Assembly: GCA_021199255.1 (NCBI GenBank)
Contig: JAJQIK010000043.1
Span: forward strand, 1,235 to 65,234
From: Clostridiales bacterium
GTDB taxonomy: Bacteria; Bacillota; Clostridia; Lachnospirales; Lachnospiraceae
Reading direction: 5' to 3'
Length of the DNA stretch: 64,000 bases
A program made the translations under genes and the position numbers. Under the pieces are notes generated by a model. The model was not told the DNA's origin. It made no database searches and worked only from the letters and a program-made list of their open reading frames with translations. Positions 9,119-17,778 of the stretch are shown piece by piece (within the stretch, counting starts at the first letter, position 1; every line of letters begins with the position of its first letter).

Positions 9119-9319
9119 GGACACAAAATATTCTACCGCGTTCTCCGGGAAAAATTCCTTAAATTCGCCGTGGAGCTGCCCCGCCAGCGTCTTATTGTGC
9201 ACTATGACCAAGGTCGGCTTATTCAGCGCCTATATAATATTCGCCATGGTAAAGATCTTACCGGAGCCGGTCACGCTCAGTAAAGTCTGGAATTGATTGC
9301 CGTTTTGAAAGCCGACTTG
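9119..9319 (-). pseudogene. uvrB: uvrB relic (about 67 codons of the N-terminal ATPase domain) with an in-frame TAG
   Basis: Own translation: [66 protein letters not shown]. This matches the UvrB Walker-A region (GVTGSGKTFTMAN..NKPTL...[28 protein letters not shown]). The TAG lies at 9230-9232. Homology stops abruptly at both ends. Confidence 0.8.
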
Positions 9320-9321
9320 TC

Positions 9322-10365
9322 TTATTTTGCCGTTTTCTCCAATTCTAACATATATTTATCATAATCAGACACAAAAACCCTATCTTGTATAATCCGATAT
9401 TTCTCAAACTCTGTTTCTGCGTAGAGCTTTGCTTGTTCCGCACTTATTTTACCCGATCCAGTCAGCAATTCATTTCCATTAAATTCGAGAAAACCATCTA
9501 AACGTTTTGCCCAGTCATCCATGCTCATCGGAATATGCCGCTCTGCCTGAAGTTCCGCATAATCAAGATAAAGTGTAACAATTCTTTCCAAATATGATAT
9601 TTCTTTCTCACTCAGATAATTTTTTGCAATAGTGACATCTGCTTTAATTATCTTTCCCTCTGGCGCATTTTCCCATGTTGTCAAACCCATATGTTCTTTA
9701 TTTGCGTCCGCTCTTTCCACTATCAATTCTGCGGCGGTATGTCTGTGAACAGCAAAGTACATCTTGTTTTGAACCGTCTGAAAAAATAAACGCGTTGTCT
9801 TGGCATCTTTGTCATAGTCAAAGGCTGTCGCATACAGATCTGTAACCTTTTGATAAAACTTGCGTTCTGATACGCGAATTTCGCGAATATACTGTAATTG
9901 ACGTTCAAAATACTCATCAGTGAACATGTGGCCTTTTTTCAGGCGTTCTTTATCCATTGTCCAACCCTGAATCGTATAATCCTTGACAATTTGACCTGCC
10001 CACTTTCGGAACTGAACAGCTCGCTGATTATTGACCTTAAATCCAACAGCGATAATCATCTGTAAATTATAATGTTCCAAATTGCGCGATACCTGACGAG
10101 TACCCTCAGATTGAACTGTTAAGTATTTCTTAATAGTTGCTTCCGGCACCAATTCTCCATCATCATAAATACGTTTAATGTGTTGGGAAATAGCTGCGAC
10201 TGAAACATCATATAATGTAGCCATCATTTTTTGCGTTAACCATATATTTTCATCCTCATAGCGCATCTCATAGCTACTTTCGCTGTCTCCAGTTGCGGCC
10301 ACAAAAGTAAGATATTCAACAGCGCTAGAATGTATTGTTATCTCATCTTTTTTTCTATTTCCCAT
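9322..10365 (-). CDS. RhuM-family (Virulence_RhuM) protein
   Basis: Family-typical blocks are present: IWLTQKMMATLYDVSVAAISQHIKRIY, YNLQMIIAVGFKVNNQRAVQFRKWA and IRVSERKFYQKVTDLYA. The start was set at the second ATG (10365), which has a GAAAGGA RBS. Confidence 0.85.
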   Translation of the reverse strand: MGNRKKDEITIHSSAVEYLTFVAATGDSESSYEMRYEDENIWLTQKMMATLYDVSVAAISQHIKRIYDDGELVPEATIKKYLTVQSEGTRQVSRNLEHYNLQMIIAVGFKVNNQRAVQFRKWAGQIVKDYTIQGWTMDKERLKKGHMFTDEYFERQLQYIREIRVSERKFYQKVTDLYATAFDYDKDAKTTRLFFQTVQNKMYFAVHRHTAAELIVERADANKEHMGLTTWENAPEGKIIKADVTIAKNYLSEKEISYLERIVTLYLDYAELQAERHIPMSMDDWAKRLDGFLEFNGNELLTGSGKISAEQAKLYAETEFEKYRIIQDRVFVSDYDKYMLELEKTAK

Positions 10366-10752
10366 AACAAAATTCCTTTCCATATATATCCGGTCATCGA
10401 AATCATTTCTCCGGACGCTATAGACCCTTCTGTACCAGACGGATATAGCATATCGAAATTACCTTTCGATAGTGTATCATATCCCATAAAGAAAGTCCAC
10501 ACAAAAAGAACGTTTGTTCTAATATGTGTGGACTGCTTTCATTTCAGCAAACAGAAACCTTTGTATACGACTTAAAGCTATTTTAGTTCTTCTATGAGCG
10601 GAAGATATTTATTCACTTCATATTCCTCAGTTTCAGTATACCAAATCTCAATTTCCCACGGAGTTTCATCCGTTGCAAACCGCCATTTGGTTGTACTATA
10701 ATGATTATCTGCACATCCTTTTCCAATTTAAACTTATACAGAGGTGATGACA

Positions 10753-10986
10753 ATGAATGATAAGCATCAGTTAGAATATAAGCTGATAGGACTGAATATA
10801 GCATATTACAGGAAACTAAAGGGGATGACCCAGCTACAACTGGCTGAACACGCCGGTATCAGCCGCACCCACATGAGCAATATCGAAGCGCCTAATATGC
10901 CCACGTCCATATCCATGGAAACACTTCTGGATATTTCCGACGCTTTGGGCATACCCGCCGAAAAGCTCTTAAGCTTCAAAGAATAA
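10753..10986 (+). CDS. XRE-family helix-turn-helix regulator
   Basis: LKGMTQLQLAEHAGISRTHMSNIE is a canonical HTH_3 motif. An AGAGGTG RBS is present. In-frame starts at 10744 and 10747 are also possible. Confidence 0.85.
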   Translation: MNDKHQLEYKLIGLNIAYYRKLKGMTQLQLAEHAGISRTHMSNIEAPNMPTSISMETLLDISDALGIPAEKLLSFKE

Positions 10987-11031
10987 GCGGCGTATTGCAA
11001 TACTTTTCCTTTTGCTCATAATTCTCATGCG

Positions 11032-11062
11032 CAAAACGGGACGCAGCTTCTTGCTGCGTCCC
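11032..11062 (-). terminator. Terminator of the ftsEX-ctpA-GNAT transcription unit
   Basis: A GGGACGCAGC-5 nt-GCUGCGUCCC hairpin is followed on the minus strand by GUUUUG. Confidence 0.5.
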
Positions 11063-11150
11063 GCACTCTTACATACTATATCAATTATCGTCTCCCAGAA
11101 CAAATATCATGGCCATTCAAATTTCGGCCAAAAGTCTATTGAATTTAAGG

Positions 11151-11738
11151 TCAAGAATGTTCTTCCAACACATAAGGCTTACACAAGCGGCCATAGACCG
11201 GGCGGTAGATTTCCTGATACAATTCCTCCACCGCACAATGTAATTGTTCCATAGAAGGAGATGTACCCGTCTTTCTGAGATACAGAATATTATAATCCAC
11301 ACCAAACAACAGACACTTTGAAGGTATCCGTTCAGCACCGTTGGAAAGGTAAAAGCATATCCGTCTCCGGCGGAGCGCCTCTTCCTTATCTGTCTTAGCA
11401 GAATCAGGGCTTTCTACCTCGATGAACACCCCGTTTTGAACCGACACCGTACGTTTTAGCTCTTGTAGAAACTCGCTGCCGATTCCCTGTCCGCGCAGTT
11501 TGGGGATAACAGCAAAATAGTCCAGCAGTGCGTATTGTTCCTTCCCGGCCAGAATATAACAGGCATAGGCCAGCAGATCGTCCGCATTATAATAACCATA
11601 ACTGACATATTTTCCGTTCTTCGTAAGCTTCTCCATTGACTTAAAAGGTCGGCGCTCGCTACGGGGAAAATCTTTCCTGACATATGCTTCGTAAATCCGC
11701 TTCAATTCATTCAGTTCCAGTTTTTCAACCCGCTTCAC
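11151..11738 (-). CDS. GNAT-family N-acetyltransferase
   Basis: The acetyl-CoA binding block LLDYFAVIPKLRGQGIGSEFL is present. The start is uncertain. The GTG at 11738 was chosen so the gene does not overlap the ctpA stop. The track ORF extends to 11819. Confidence 0.7.
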   Translation of the reverse strand: MKRVEKLELNELKRIYEAYVRKDFPRSERRPFKSMEKLTKNGKYVSYGYYNADDLLAYACYILAGKEQYALLDYFAVIPKLRGQGIGSEFLQELKRTVSVQNGVFIEVESPDSAKTDKEEALRRRRICFYLSNGAERIPSKCLLFGVDYNILYLRKTGTSPSMEQLHCAVEELYQEIYRPVYGRLCKPYVLEEHS

Positions 11739-11782
11739 ATTAATCAGCCCTGCTTTTCCAGTCCGCGGCAGCCTGTTCCCGC

Positions 11783-13138
11783 CTACTCCATCATTTTCTC
11801 CAGCTCTTCTATCGCACATTCTAACTGATTATCCACACCTTCCTCGTAATACGCTTCCGTATCGAGTTCACATATAATATCCGGTTCAATTCCAATTCCA
11901 TGGATATTGTTGCCATTAGGAGTATAATAGTCGCTGATCGTAAGCTTCAGCGCCGTACCGTCTGTCAGCGGCAGCACTCTCTGCACGATACCCTTGCCGA
12001 AGGTAGTCGTTCCGATCAATGTGCCTTTTCCATAATCCTTAATCGCACCGGCAAGAATTTCGGAAGCGCTGGCGGAATTGCCGTTTACTAATACCACCAG
12101 GGGAATTTCCAGTTCATGCTCGCCGTCACAGGTATATTCCTCCCGCTCGCCGTATTTGTCCTCTGTGTATACAATCGTGCCCTCCGGCAGAATCATTCTG
12201 GCAATCTCAACCACCACCGGGAGACTGCCTCCCGGATTGCCGCGCAGATCCAGAATAAGCCCCTTAACGCCAGAGCCCTTCACAACCGCCAGCGCTTCCG
12301 TAAACTGTTCGGTGGTCACATCGTCAAACTCCGTAATCTGGATATAGCCGATATCATTATCATATATCTCATAATTAACCGTAGGAGATTCGATCTGCCG
12401 TCTGGTCACATCAATCTCCAGATAGTCCGTCTCCCCTTCTCTTACAATGGTCAGGCGTACCGAGGTTCCTTCCTCCCCTTTCACCAATGATACGATTTCG
12501 GACAGTTCCATGCCCTGTACGCTCTCACCGTCCACCTGATAGATAATATCATTTTCCCTCAGCCCCGCTTCCTCGGCAGGCGTCCCGGCAATGACGCCGC
12601 TGATCCTTGCCAGCCCGGTAGCCGAATCAAGACTCAGATATGCGCCGATTCCATAATAAATACCCTCTGTTTCTTCTATCAGCGACTGCCACTCTTCCGC
12701 CGTGTAGTAAACCGAATAAGGATCGCCCAGAGAATCCACGACTCCCGCATACATCCCTTCGATCATTGCGTCCGTGTCAATATCCTCGTCTTTATAATAA
12801 TATTGGTCGATTACTTCCTCAATGGCTTCCAGCTTTGCTATGCTTTCCTCATTAATCACGCTGTCGGCGCTGTCCGTCCCCGCGCTCGTCTGCCTGGCCA
12901 TATCGTTGCCGGACAGCTCCACTATTTTCATTCCAATAAATGTGCAGCCGCCGACTAAAACCGTCAGGATCACTCCCAGCAGCATCCCCAGCAAAAGCAT
13001 ACCGCCCTTGTGGCTCTGCCCCTCTGAGGGCGTTTCAGGCTGATTATTCCCAGATGGCGCAGGCTGCTGATAGTATGGGTTCTGCATCCCCTGGCCATTT
13101 GACCGATTGTAATCATTGTTATCTCCGTTTTGATTCAA
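11783..13138 (-). CDS. ctpA: Carboxy-terminal processing protease (S41) with PDZ domain
   Basis: An N-terminal TM segment and a PDZ block (GVIAGTPAEEAGLRENDIIYQVDG) are present. The S41 catalytic blocks LDLRGNPGG and NGNSASASEILAGA are also present. The start is a TTG. Confidence 0.9.
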   Translation of the reverse strand: MNQNGDNNDYNRSNGQGMQNPYYQQPAPSGNNQPETPSEGQSHKGGMLLLGMLLGVILTVLVGGCTFIGMKIVELSGNDMARQTSAGTDSADSVINEESIAKLEAIEEVIDQYYYKDEDIDTDAMIEGMYAGVVDSLGDPYSVYYTAEEWQSLIEETEGIYYGIGAYLSLDSATGLARISGVIAGTPAEEAGLRENDIIYQVDGESVQGMELSEIVSLVKGEEGTSVRLTIVREGETDYLEIDVTRRQIESPTVNYEIYDNDIGYIQITEFDDVTTEQFTEALAVVKGSGVKGLILDLRGNPGGSLPVVVEIARMILPEGTIVYTEDKYGEREEYTCDGEHELEIPLVVLVNGNSASASEILAGAIKDYGKGTLIGTTTFGKGIVQRVLPLTDGTALKLTISDYYTPNGNNIHGIGIEPDIICELDTEAYYEEGVDNQLECAIEELEKMME

Positions 13139-13170
13139 AACGATTCATCTCCTAATAATATATACTATTT

Positions 13171-14379
13171 TTATTGCAGATAATTCCACGGGCTCACATA
13201 ACTTCCGTTTAAACGTACGCTGAAATGCAGATGGTTGCCCGTAGATCTTCCGGTAGTTCCCACTCCCGCAATGGTCTGTCCCTTGGTTACCGTCTGCCCC
13301 TTAGACACGTATAGCGCAGAGGCGTGCATATATATCGTATACAGGCCGCTTCCATGATCGATCATGATATAGTTGCCCATACTGCTGCTATACGCCGCCG
13401 CAACCACATCGCCGTCATATGCCGCCAGAATCGGCGTTCCTGCGGGTGCCGCAAAATCCACTCCGTTATGGAACTGCTCTGTACCCAGAGTGGGATGGAT
13501 ACGATAACCGTAATCGTCAGATATTCTGGTATAGCTGGTCAGCGGAAAGGCGAACATACCGCCGTTATACACTCTTGCCTGCGCGTTTTCCGCCTCCAGC
13601 CTTGCTTTCTCTTCCGCCACCGCTTTCTCTAATGCGGCAATCTCGGCGTTCTGCTGGGCAATCATATCTTCATATTCCTTAATCGCCGCTTCCTGATCGG
13701 AAATATCGCTGGAAACCTGCGTAATCTGCGCTTCCTTCGCGGCAATCAGCGTATTGACGTTGGCTTCTTCCTGTTCCACCGCAAGCTTCGCCTCGTCCAG
13801 CACCTCCGCCTCCGCCTCCAGCTCTTCCTTGCACAATTGAATCAGCTCCGAGGTTTCGGCATATTCCTCCAGCTTATTTCTGTCGTATTCGGATAAGGCC
13901 TCTATGTAATCAGCCTTATTCGTCATATCGGCAAAGCCTCCGGAAGTAAACAAGAGCTCCAGATAAAAGGTATCGCCCTTCTCATACATGAATTTGATAC
14001 GCTTTTTCATGGCTTCGTACTGCTGTTCCTGCTGTTCGACCGCCTCTTCCAGTTCTTTGGTGGTCTCTTCGATCTCTTCTTCCTTTTCTGTAATCAATGT
14101 ATTATATTGTTCAATTTTTTCCTGTATGCTGCTTAATTGTCCGTCTAACTGTACCACATACTCCGTCAGGTCGCTTTTAGACTGTTCCAGCTCTTCCTTC
14201 AGCTTTTCTACATCTGTCAGGCTCGATTTCAGGGTCGAAACTTCCTTCTTCGCCTCCTCAATCTCAGCCTCCTTCTGCTGAATACTTTCACTCGTCGTCG
14301 CCGCTCTTGCCGGCGCGGCATACAGACATAAAAGAACCGTACTGATCAGCAGGCATACCGCTTTCTTCCTATGCTTCAT
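13171..14379 (-). CDS. Coiled-coil M23 peptidoglycan DD-metalloendopeptidase (EnvC-like FtsEX partner)
   Basis: A signal peptide and a long E/K-rich coiled coil are present. The C-terminal M23 motifs are HNGVDFAAPAGTPI and GNHLHFSV. Confidence 0.9.
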   Translation of the reverse strand: MKHRKKAVCLLISTVLLCLYAAPARAATTSESIQQKEAEIEEAKKEVSTLKSSLTDVEKLKEELEQSKSDLTEYVVQLDGQLSSIQEKIEQYNTLITEKEEEIEETTKELEEAVEQQEQQYEAMKKRIKFMYEKGDTFYLELLFTSGGFADMTNKADYIEALSEYDRNKLEEYAETSELIQLCKEELEAEAEVLDEAKLAVEQEEANVNTLIAAKEAQITQVSSDISDQEAAIKEYEDMIAQQNAEIAALEKAVAEEKARLEAENAQARVYNGGMFAFPLTSYTRISDDYGYRIHPTLGTEQFHNGVDFAAPAGTPILAAYDGDVVAAAYSSSMGNYIMIDHGSGLYTIYMHASALYVSKGQTVTKGQTIAGVGTTGRSTGNHLHFSVRLNGSYVSPWNYLQ

Positions 14380-14441
14380 ACAAATCCCTATACTAGTGAT
14401 GATTGATCATGGTTAACGCGTTTGGAACAGTGCAGCAGACA

Positions 14442-15338
14442 TTACACCCTCAAATGCTTTCTGACTGTTACAATACTGCCCAAAAAGCCGATTCCCACGC
14501 CAATCCCCAGAGAAACCGGCGTCAATATATTGAATACCTCTTCCACCGTCAGGAAGCTGAGCAGGGAAGACAGCATGGAAAAACGGCTTGTCACATATTC
14601 CAGCACCATATTATATACCAGATAAATAATGCACAGCGGGATCGCCGCGCCGATTAAACCAATTAATATACCCTCAATCACAAACGGAGACCTGACGAAG
14701 AAATCCGTCGCCCCGATATATTTCATAATATTGATTTCTTCCTTACGCACGGAAATACCAATCGTAACGGTATTGCTGATCAGGAACACCGATACCGCCA
14801 GCAGAATTGCGATAATCCCTATCGACACATAAGCGATCAGCGCATTGACACCGGTCAGCGTAGTAGCCGCAATGTCAGAACGGTTAACCAGCCGTACCCC
14901 ATCTAAGGATTCCAGATAGGTTACCAGCGCAGACTGCATGGACACATCGTTTAAATAAATCTCATAATTGGCGGAATCTGCCAGCGGATTCTCCGTAAAT
15001 CCGTCCGCATATTCCCCCAGATACTCGGTCTTAAAGGTCTCCCATGCCTCCTCGGCGGATACGTAATTGATAGCGGAGACCTCCGTCCGCTTATTAATCT
15101 GTTCGCCAATCTGCTGTATCTGCGAATCCTCCAGACCTTCGTCAAAGAACACCGTCACGGAAACGCCTTCCTCCGCGGTCTTGACAATATGCTGGAAATT
15201 GGTGACGATGGCGTAAAACAGTCCAAACAGAAACAGGCAGGCGCTGATAGTCGCAATCGATGCCAGAGTAAACCATTTATTTCTGAAAAGGTTATGGAAT
15301 CCCTGTCTGAGCGTATAGAAAAACGTACTAATCCTCAT
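14442..15338 (-). CDS. ftsX: Cell-division ABC transporter permease FtsX
   Basis: The protein has FtsX topology: an N-terminal TM segment, an extracellular loop and three C-terminal TM segments. It overlaps ftsE by 11 nt. Confidence 0.9.
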   Translation of the reverse strand: MRISTFFYTLRQGFHNLFRNKWFTLASIATISACLFLFGLFYAIVTNFQHIVKTAEEGVSVTVFFDEGLEDSQIQQIGEQINKRTEVSAINYVSAEEAWETFKTEYLGEYADGFTENPLADSANYEIYLNDVSMQSALVTYLESLDGVRLVNRSDIAATTLTGVNALIAYVSIGIIAILLAVSVFLISNTVTIGISVRKEEINIMKYIGATDFFVRSPFVIEGILIGLIGAAIPLCIIYLVYNMVLEYVTSRFSMLSSLLSFLTVEEVFNILTPVSLGIGVGIGFLGSIVTVRKHLRV

Positions 15339-16059
15339 CGATATACCCTCCCTTTTCCTCGTCGCTTACAATGACGCCCTTTTTCAGGGTAACTACCCTC
15401 TTCTGCATCGCATTCACAATCTCCCTGTTGTGAGTTACCACGATCACGGTAGTACCGCTCTCATTGATCTGCTCAAGAAGCTTCATGATTTCCCATGAAT
15501 TTTTCGGGTCCAGATTACCGGTAGGCTCATCTGCCAGCAGAATCGCCGGCTGATTGACAAGCGCCCTTGCCAGCGCCACTCTCTGCTGCTCCCCGCCGGA
15601 AAGCTGTCTCGGCTTAGCCTTATACTTACCCGCCAGTCCTACGATTGCCAGGATGCTAGGCACATTTTTCTTAATCTCTTTATTGGATTTCTGAATAATT
15701 CTCTGCGCAAAGGCAACGTTTTCATATACGTTTCTGTCCTTCAGAAGACGGAAATCCTGAAAAACAATGCCTAAATTTCTTCTGAATTTGGGAATCTTAC
15801 GGTGCCTGATCTTAGCCAGATCATACCCCATCACATTAATATAGCCGCTGGTAATCGTAAGCTCACGCAGCAGCAGCTTAATCAACGTGGATTTGCCCGA
15901 TCCGCTGTCTCCCACAACAAAAACAAATTCTCCTTTATTAATACGCAGATTGACGTCCTTCAACGCCGGTGCGCCGGTAGAATATGCCTTACAGACATTC
16001 GTCAGGGTAATAATCTCTTTCTCTGCCGCCGTGCTTTTCCTTCTTTTCTTCTCTGCCAC
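15328..16059 (-). CDS. ftsE: Cell-division ATP-binding protein FtsE
   Basis: Walker A (GDSGSGKST), the signature motif LSGGEQQRV and Walker B (LLADEPTGNLD) are all present. Confidence 0.95.
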   Translation of the reverse strand: MAEKKRRKSTAAEKEIITLTNVCKAYSTGAPALKDVNLRINKGEFVFVVGDSGSGKSTLIKLLLRELTITSGYINVMGYDLAKIRHRKIPKFRRNLGIVFQDFRLLKDRNVYENVAFAQRIIQKSNKEIKKNVPSILAIVGLAGKYKAKPRQLSGGEQQRVALARALVNQPAILLADEPTGNLDPKNSWEIMKLLEQINESGTTVIVVTHNREIVNAMQKRVVTLKKGVIVSDEEKGGYIDED

Positions 16060-16079
16060 TTTTTCACCACCTGTATTCC

Positions 16080-17168
16080 TTAGTACTCAAAGCTTTCCAT
16101 ATACTTCATATATTTAACGACCATCAGGGCGATCTTAAAAGTAATCGCGTCCTCAAAAACCCTCAGATCCAGCCCCGTGCTCTTCTGCAGCTTATCCAAT
16201 CGGTATACCAGCGTATTACGATGAATAAAAAGCTGTCTGGAGGTCTCGGATACGTTCAGGGAATTTTCGAAAAATTTATTGATCGTTGTCAGCGTTTCTT
16301 CATCAAAATCATCCGGGCTCTTGCCGTCGAAAATTTCCTTAATAAACATCTTGCACAGGGGAATCGGAAGCTGATAAATCAATCGGCCGATTCCCAGCTC
16401 GCTGTACGCAATCACATCTCTCTCGTCAAAGAATATCTTGCCCACATCCAACGCCATCTTAGCTTCCTTATAGGAACGGCTCACTTCCTTGATTTCATTG
16501 ACGATCGTACCATAAGCGATACGAACCTTCTTAAAATTCTCCTTCTGTAAAAAGGCAACCGCAGCAGCCGCGCTTTTATCGATTTCCTTTACGCCCTCCC
16601 CCTCGGACAGATCCTTCACCACAATCACGTTATTCTCATCTACCGCGGTAATAAAGTCCTTGCTGTTGCTGCCGAAATAAGTACGCATGATTTCCAGTAC
16701 ATTGCTGTCCTTCGTATTATCCGTCTCGATAATCAGCGCTACGCGCTTGACGTCCGTCTGGATATGCAGCTTCTTGGCACGGCTGTAGATATCCACCAGC
16801 AGCAGATTATCCAATAACAGATTCTTGATAAAGTTATCCTTGTCGAAGCGCTCTTTATATGCCACCAGCAGATTCTGTATCTGAAACGCCACCATCTTGC
16901 CTATCATATAGACGTCTTCGCCAACTCCCCCCGCGATCAGAATATATTCCAACTGCTGCTCGTCAAAAATCTTAAAATACTGATATCCCTGTATCTCCTG
17001 AGAATCCGCGGGAGACTTGGCAAACTCCGCCGCCGACTTAGCGCACTGCTCCATATCGTTTTCCGTCATGGCAACTGCCTTCCCATCAATATCCATGACG
17101 CACAACTCCACTCTTGCGATGGCTTTTAACCCCTCAATGGTATTCTGCAAAATCTGATTTGAAATCAT
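16080..17168 (-). CDS. PucR/CdaR-family transcriptional regulator
   Basis: The C-terminal PucR HTH is present: NVSETSRQLFIHRNTLVYRLDKLQKSTGLDL. Confidence 0.8.
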   Translation of the reverse strand: MISNQILQNTIEGLKAIARVELCVMDIDGKAVAMTENDMEQCAKSAAEFAKSPADSQEIQGYQYFKIFDEQQLEYILIAGGVGEDVYMIGKMVAFQIQNLLVAYKERFDKDNFIKNLLLDNLLLVDIYSRAKKLHIQTDVKRVALIIETDNTKDSNVLEIMRTYFGSNSKDFITAVDENNVIVVKDLSEGEGVKEIDKSAAAAVAFLQKENFKKVRIAYGTIVNEIKEVSRSYKEAKMALDVGKIFFDERDVIAYSELGIGRLIYQLPIPLCKMFIKEIFDGKSPDDFDEETLTTINKFFENSLNVSETSRQLFIHRNTLVYRLDKLQKSTGLDLRVFEDAITFKIALMVVKYMKYMESFEY

Positions 17169-17523
17169 ACCCCACCTCTTATCATTCCTTTAGCAAATTA
17201 CACAAAACATCAAACCTTCTTTTCGATCAAAATGCAACACCTATTTCCCATTTTAATCTATATTTACAAAAAAATCTACCTTAAATCATGATTTTTTTGT
17301 GTATTTTACAATGAAAAAAACGTTTCGTCCTTTTTTTACCAATTAGACATTTTCCACAAATACAAAACGTATACTGTTCCGATATAAAATTCCATGGAAA
17401 TATCATGGTAAATTTCCACGGAATTTTCCATTAAAAAATCTCGCCATCAGAAACACAATATGTTATACTGAAAGCAGAAATGAAGTAATGCTCAGAAGCA
17501 ATCAGGAAAGGCAGGGTGATTTT

Positions 17524-17715
17524 ATGGATATTGCCTCTTTATCTGTATCACTGTCCGCTGTGGACACGCAGAGCTCTTATGGCGTAGCTATGTTAAGTAA
17601 ATCTCTGGATCAGTTTTCTTCTACCGGCGACCAGATCGTAGATATGATGGACGCCGCCGCCATGGAGTTGTCCGTGAACCCGCATATCGGTTCCAATGTG
17701 GATATCTTTGTTTAA
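17524..17715 (+). CDS. yjfB: YjfB-family putative motility protein
   Basis: MDIASLSVSLSAVDTQSSYGVAMLSKSLD...PHIGSNVDI matches the YjfB pattern. The start was set at the internal ATG at 17524, which has an RBS. Confidence 0.7.
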   Translation: MDIASLSVSLSAVDTQSSYGVAMLSKSLDQFSSTGDQIVDMMDAAAMELSVNPHIGSNVDIFV

Positions 17716-17730
17716 CGATTTCATTAGAAA

Positions 17731-17768
17731 AACGCTGCCCACTCGCAGAATGGACAGCGTTTTTTATT
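17731..17768. terminator. Bidirectional terminator between yjfB and the CPBP protease gene
   Basis: AAAAACGCTG...CAGCGTTTTTT is a hairpin flanked by an A run and a T run. Confidence 0.55.
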
Positions 17769-17778
17769 GGAAATATCC

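Noticed and set aside
5613-9232. TAG reassignment (Gln or pyrrolysine) to explain the three in-frame amber codons.
   Set aside because: - TAG is the normal terminator of well-conserved genes in the same window, for example ctpA (stop at 11783-11785) and the HEPN gene (6169-6171).
- The only tRNA-Gln present has a standard CTG anticodon.
- No pyl genes are present.
- The same genes also carry frameshifts or truncations.
- Ordinary nonsense mutations in pseudogenes are the simpler reading.
10578-10727. A 49-codon minus-strand frame (…TKWRFATDETPWEIEIWYTETEEYEVNKYLPLIEELK*) divergent from the XRE gene, possibly a small partner protein.
   Set aside because: The frame opens right after a TAA and contains no ATG, GTG or TTG until near its end. 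No RBS is present. It is probably a 3' remnant of a deleted gene and cannot be supported as a CDS.
1-11000. An integrative element or prophage with identifiable borders.
   Set aside because: No integrase, recombinase, transposase, phage structural gene or flanking direct repeat could be found by eye. The only tRNA gene is 20 kb away. The region is described only as an accessory, decaying mosaic.
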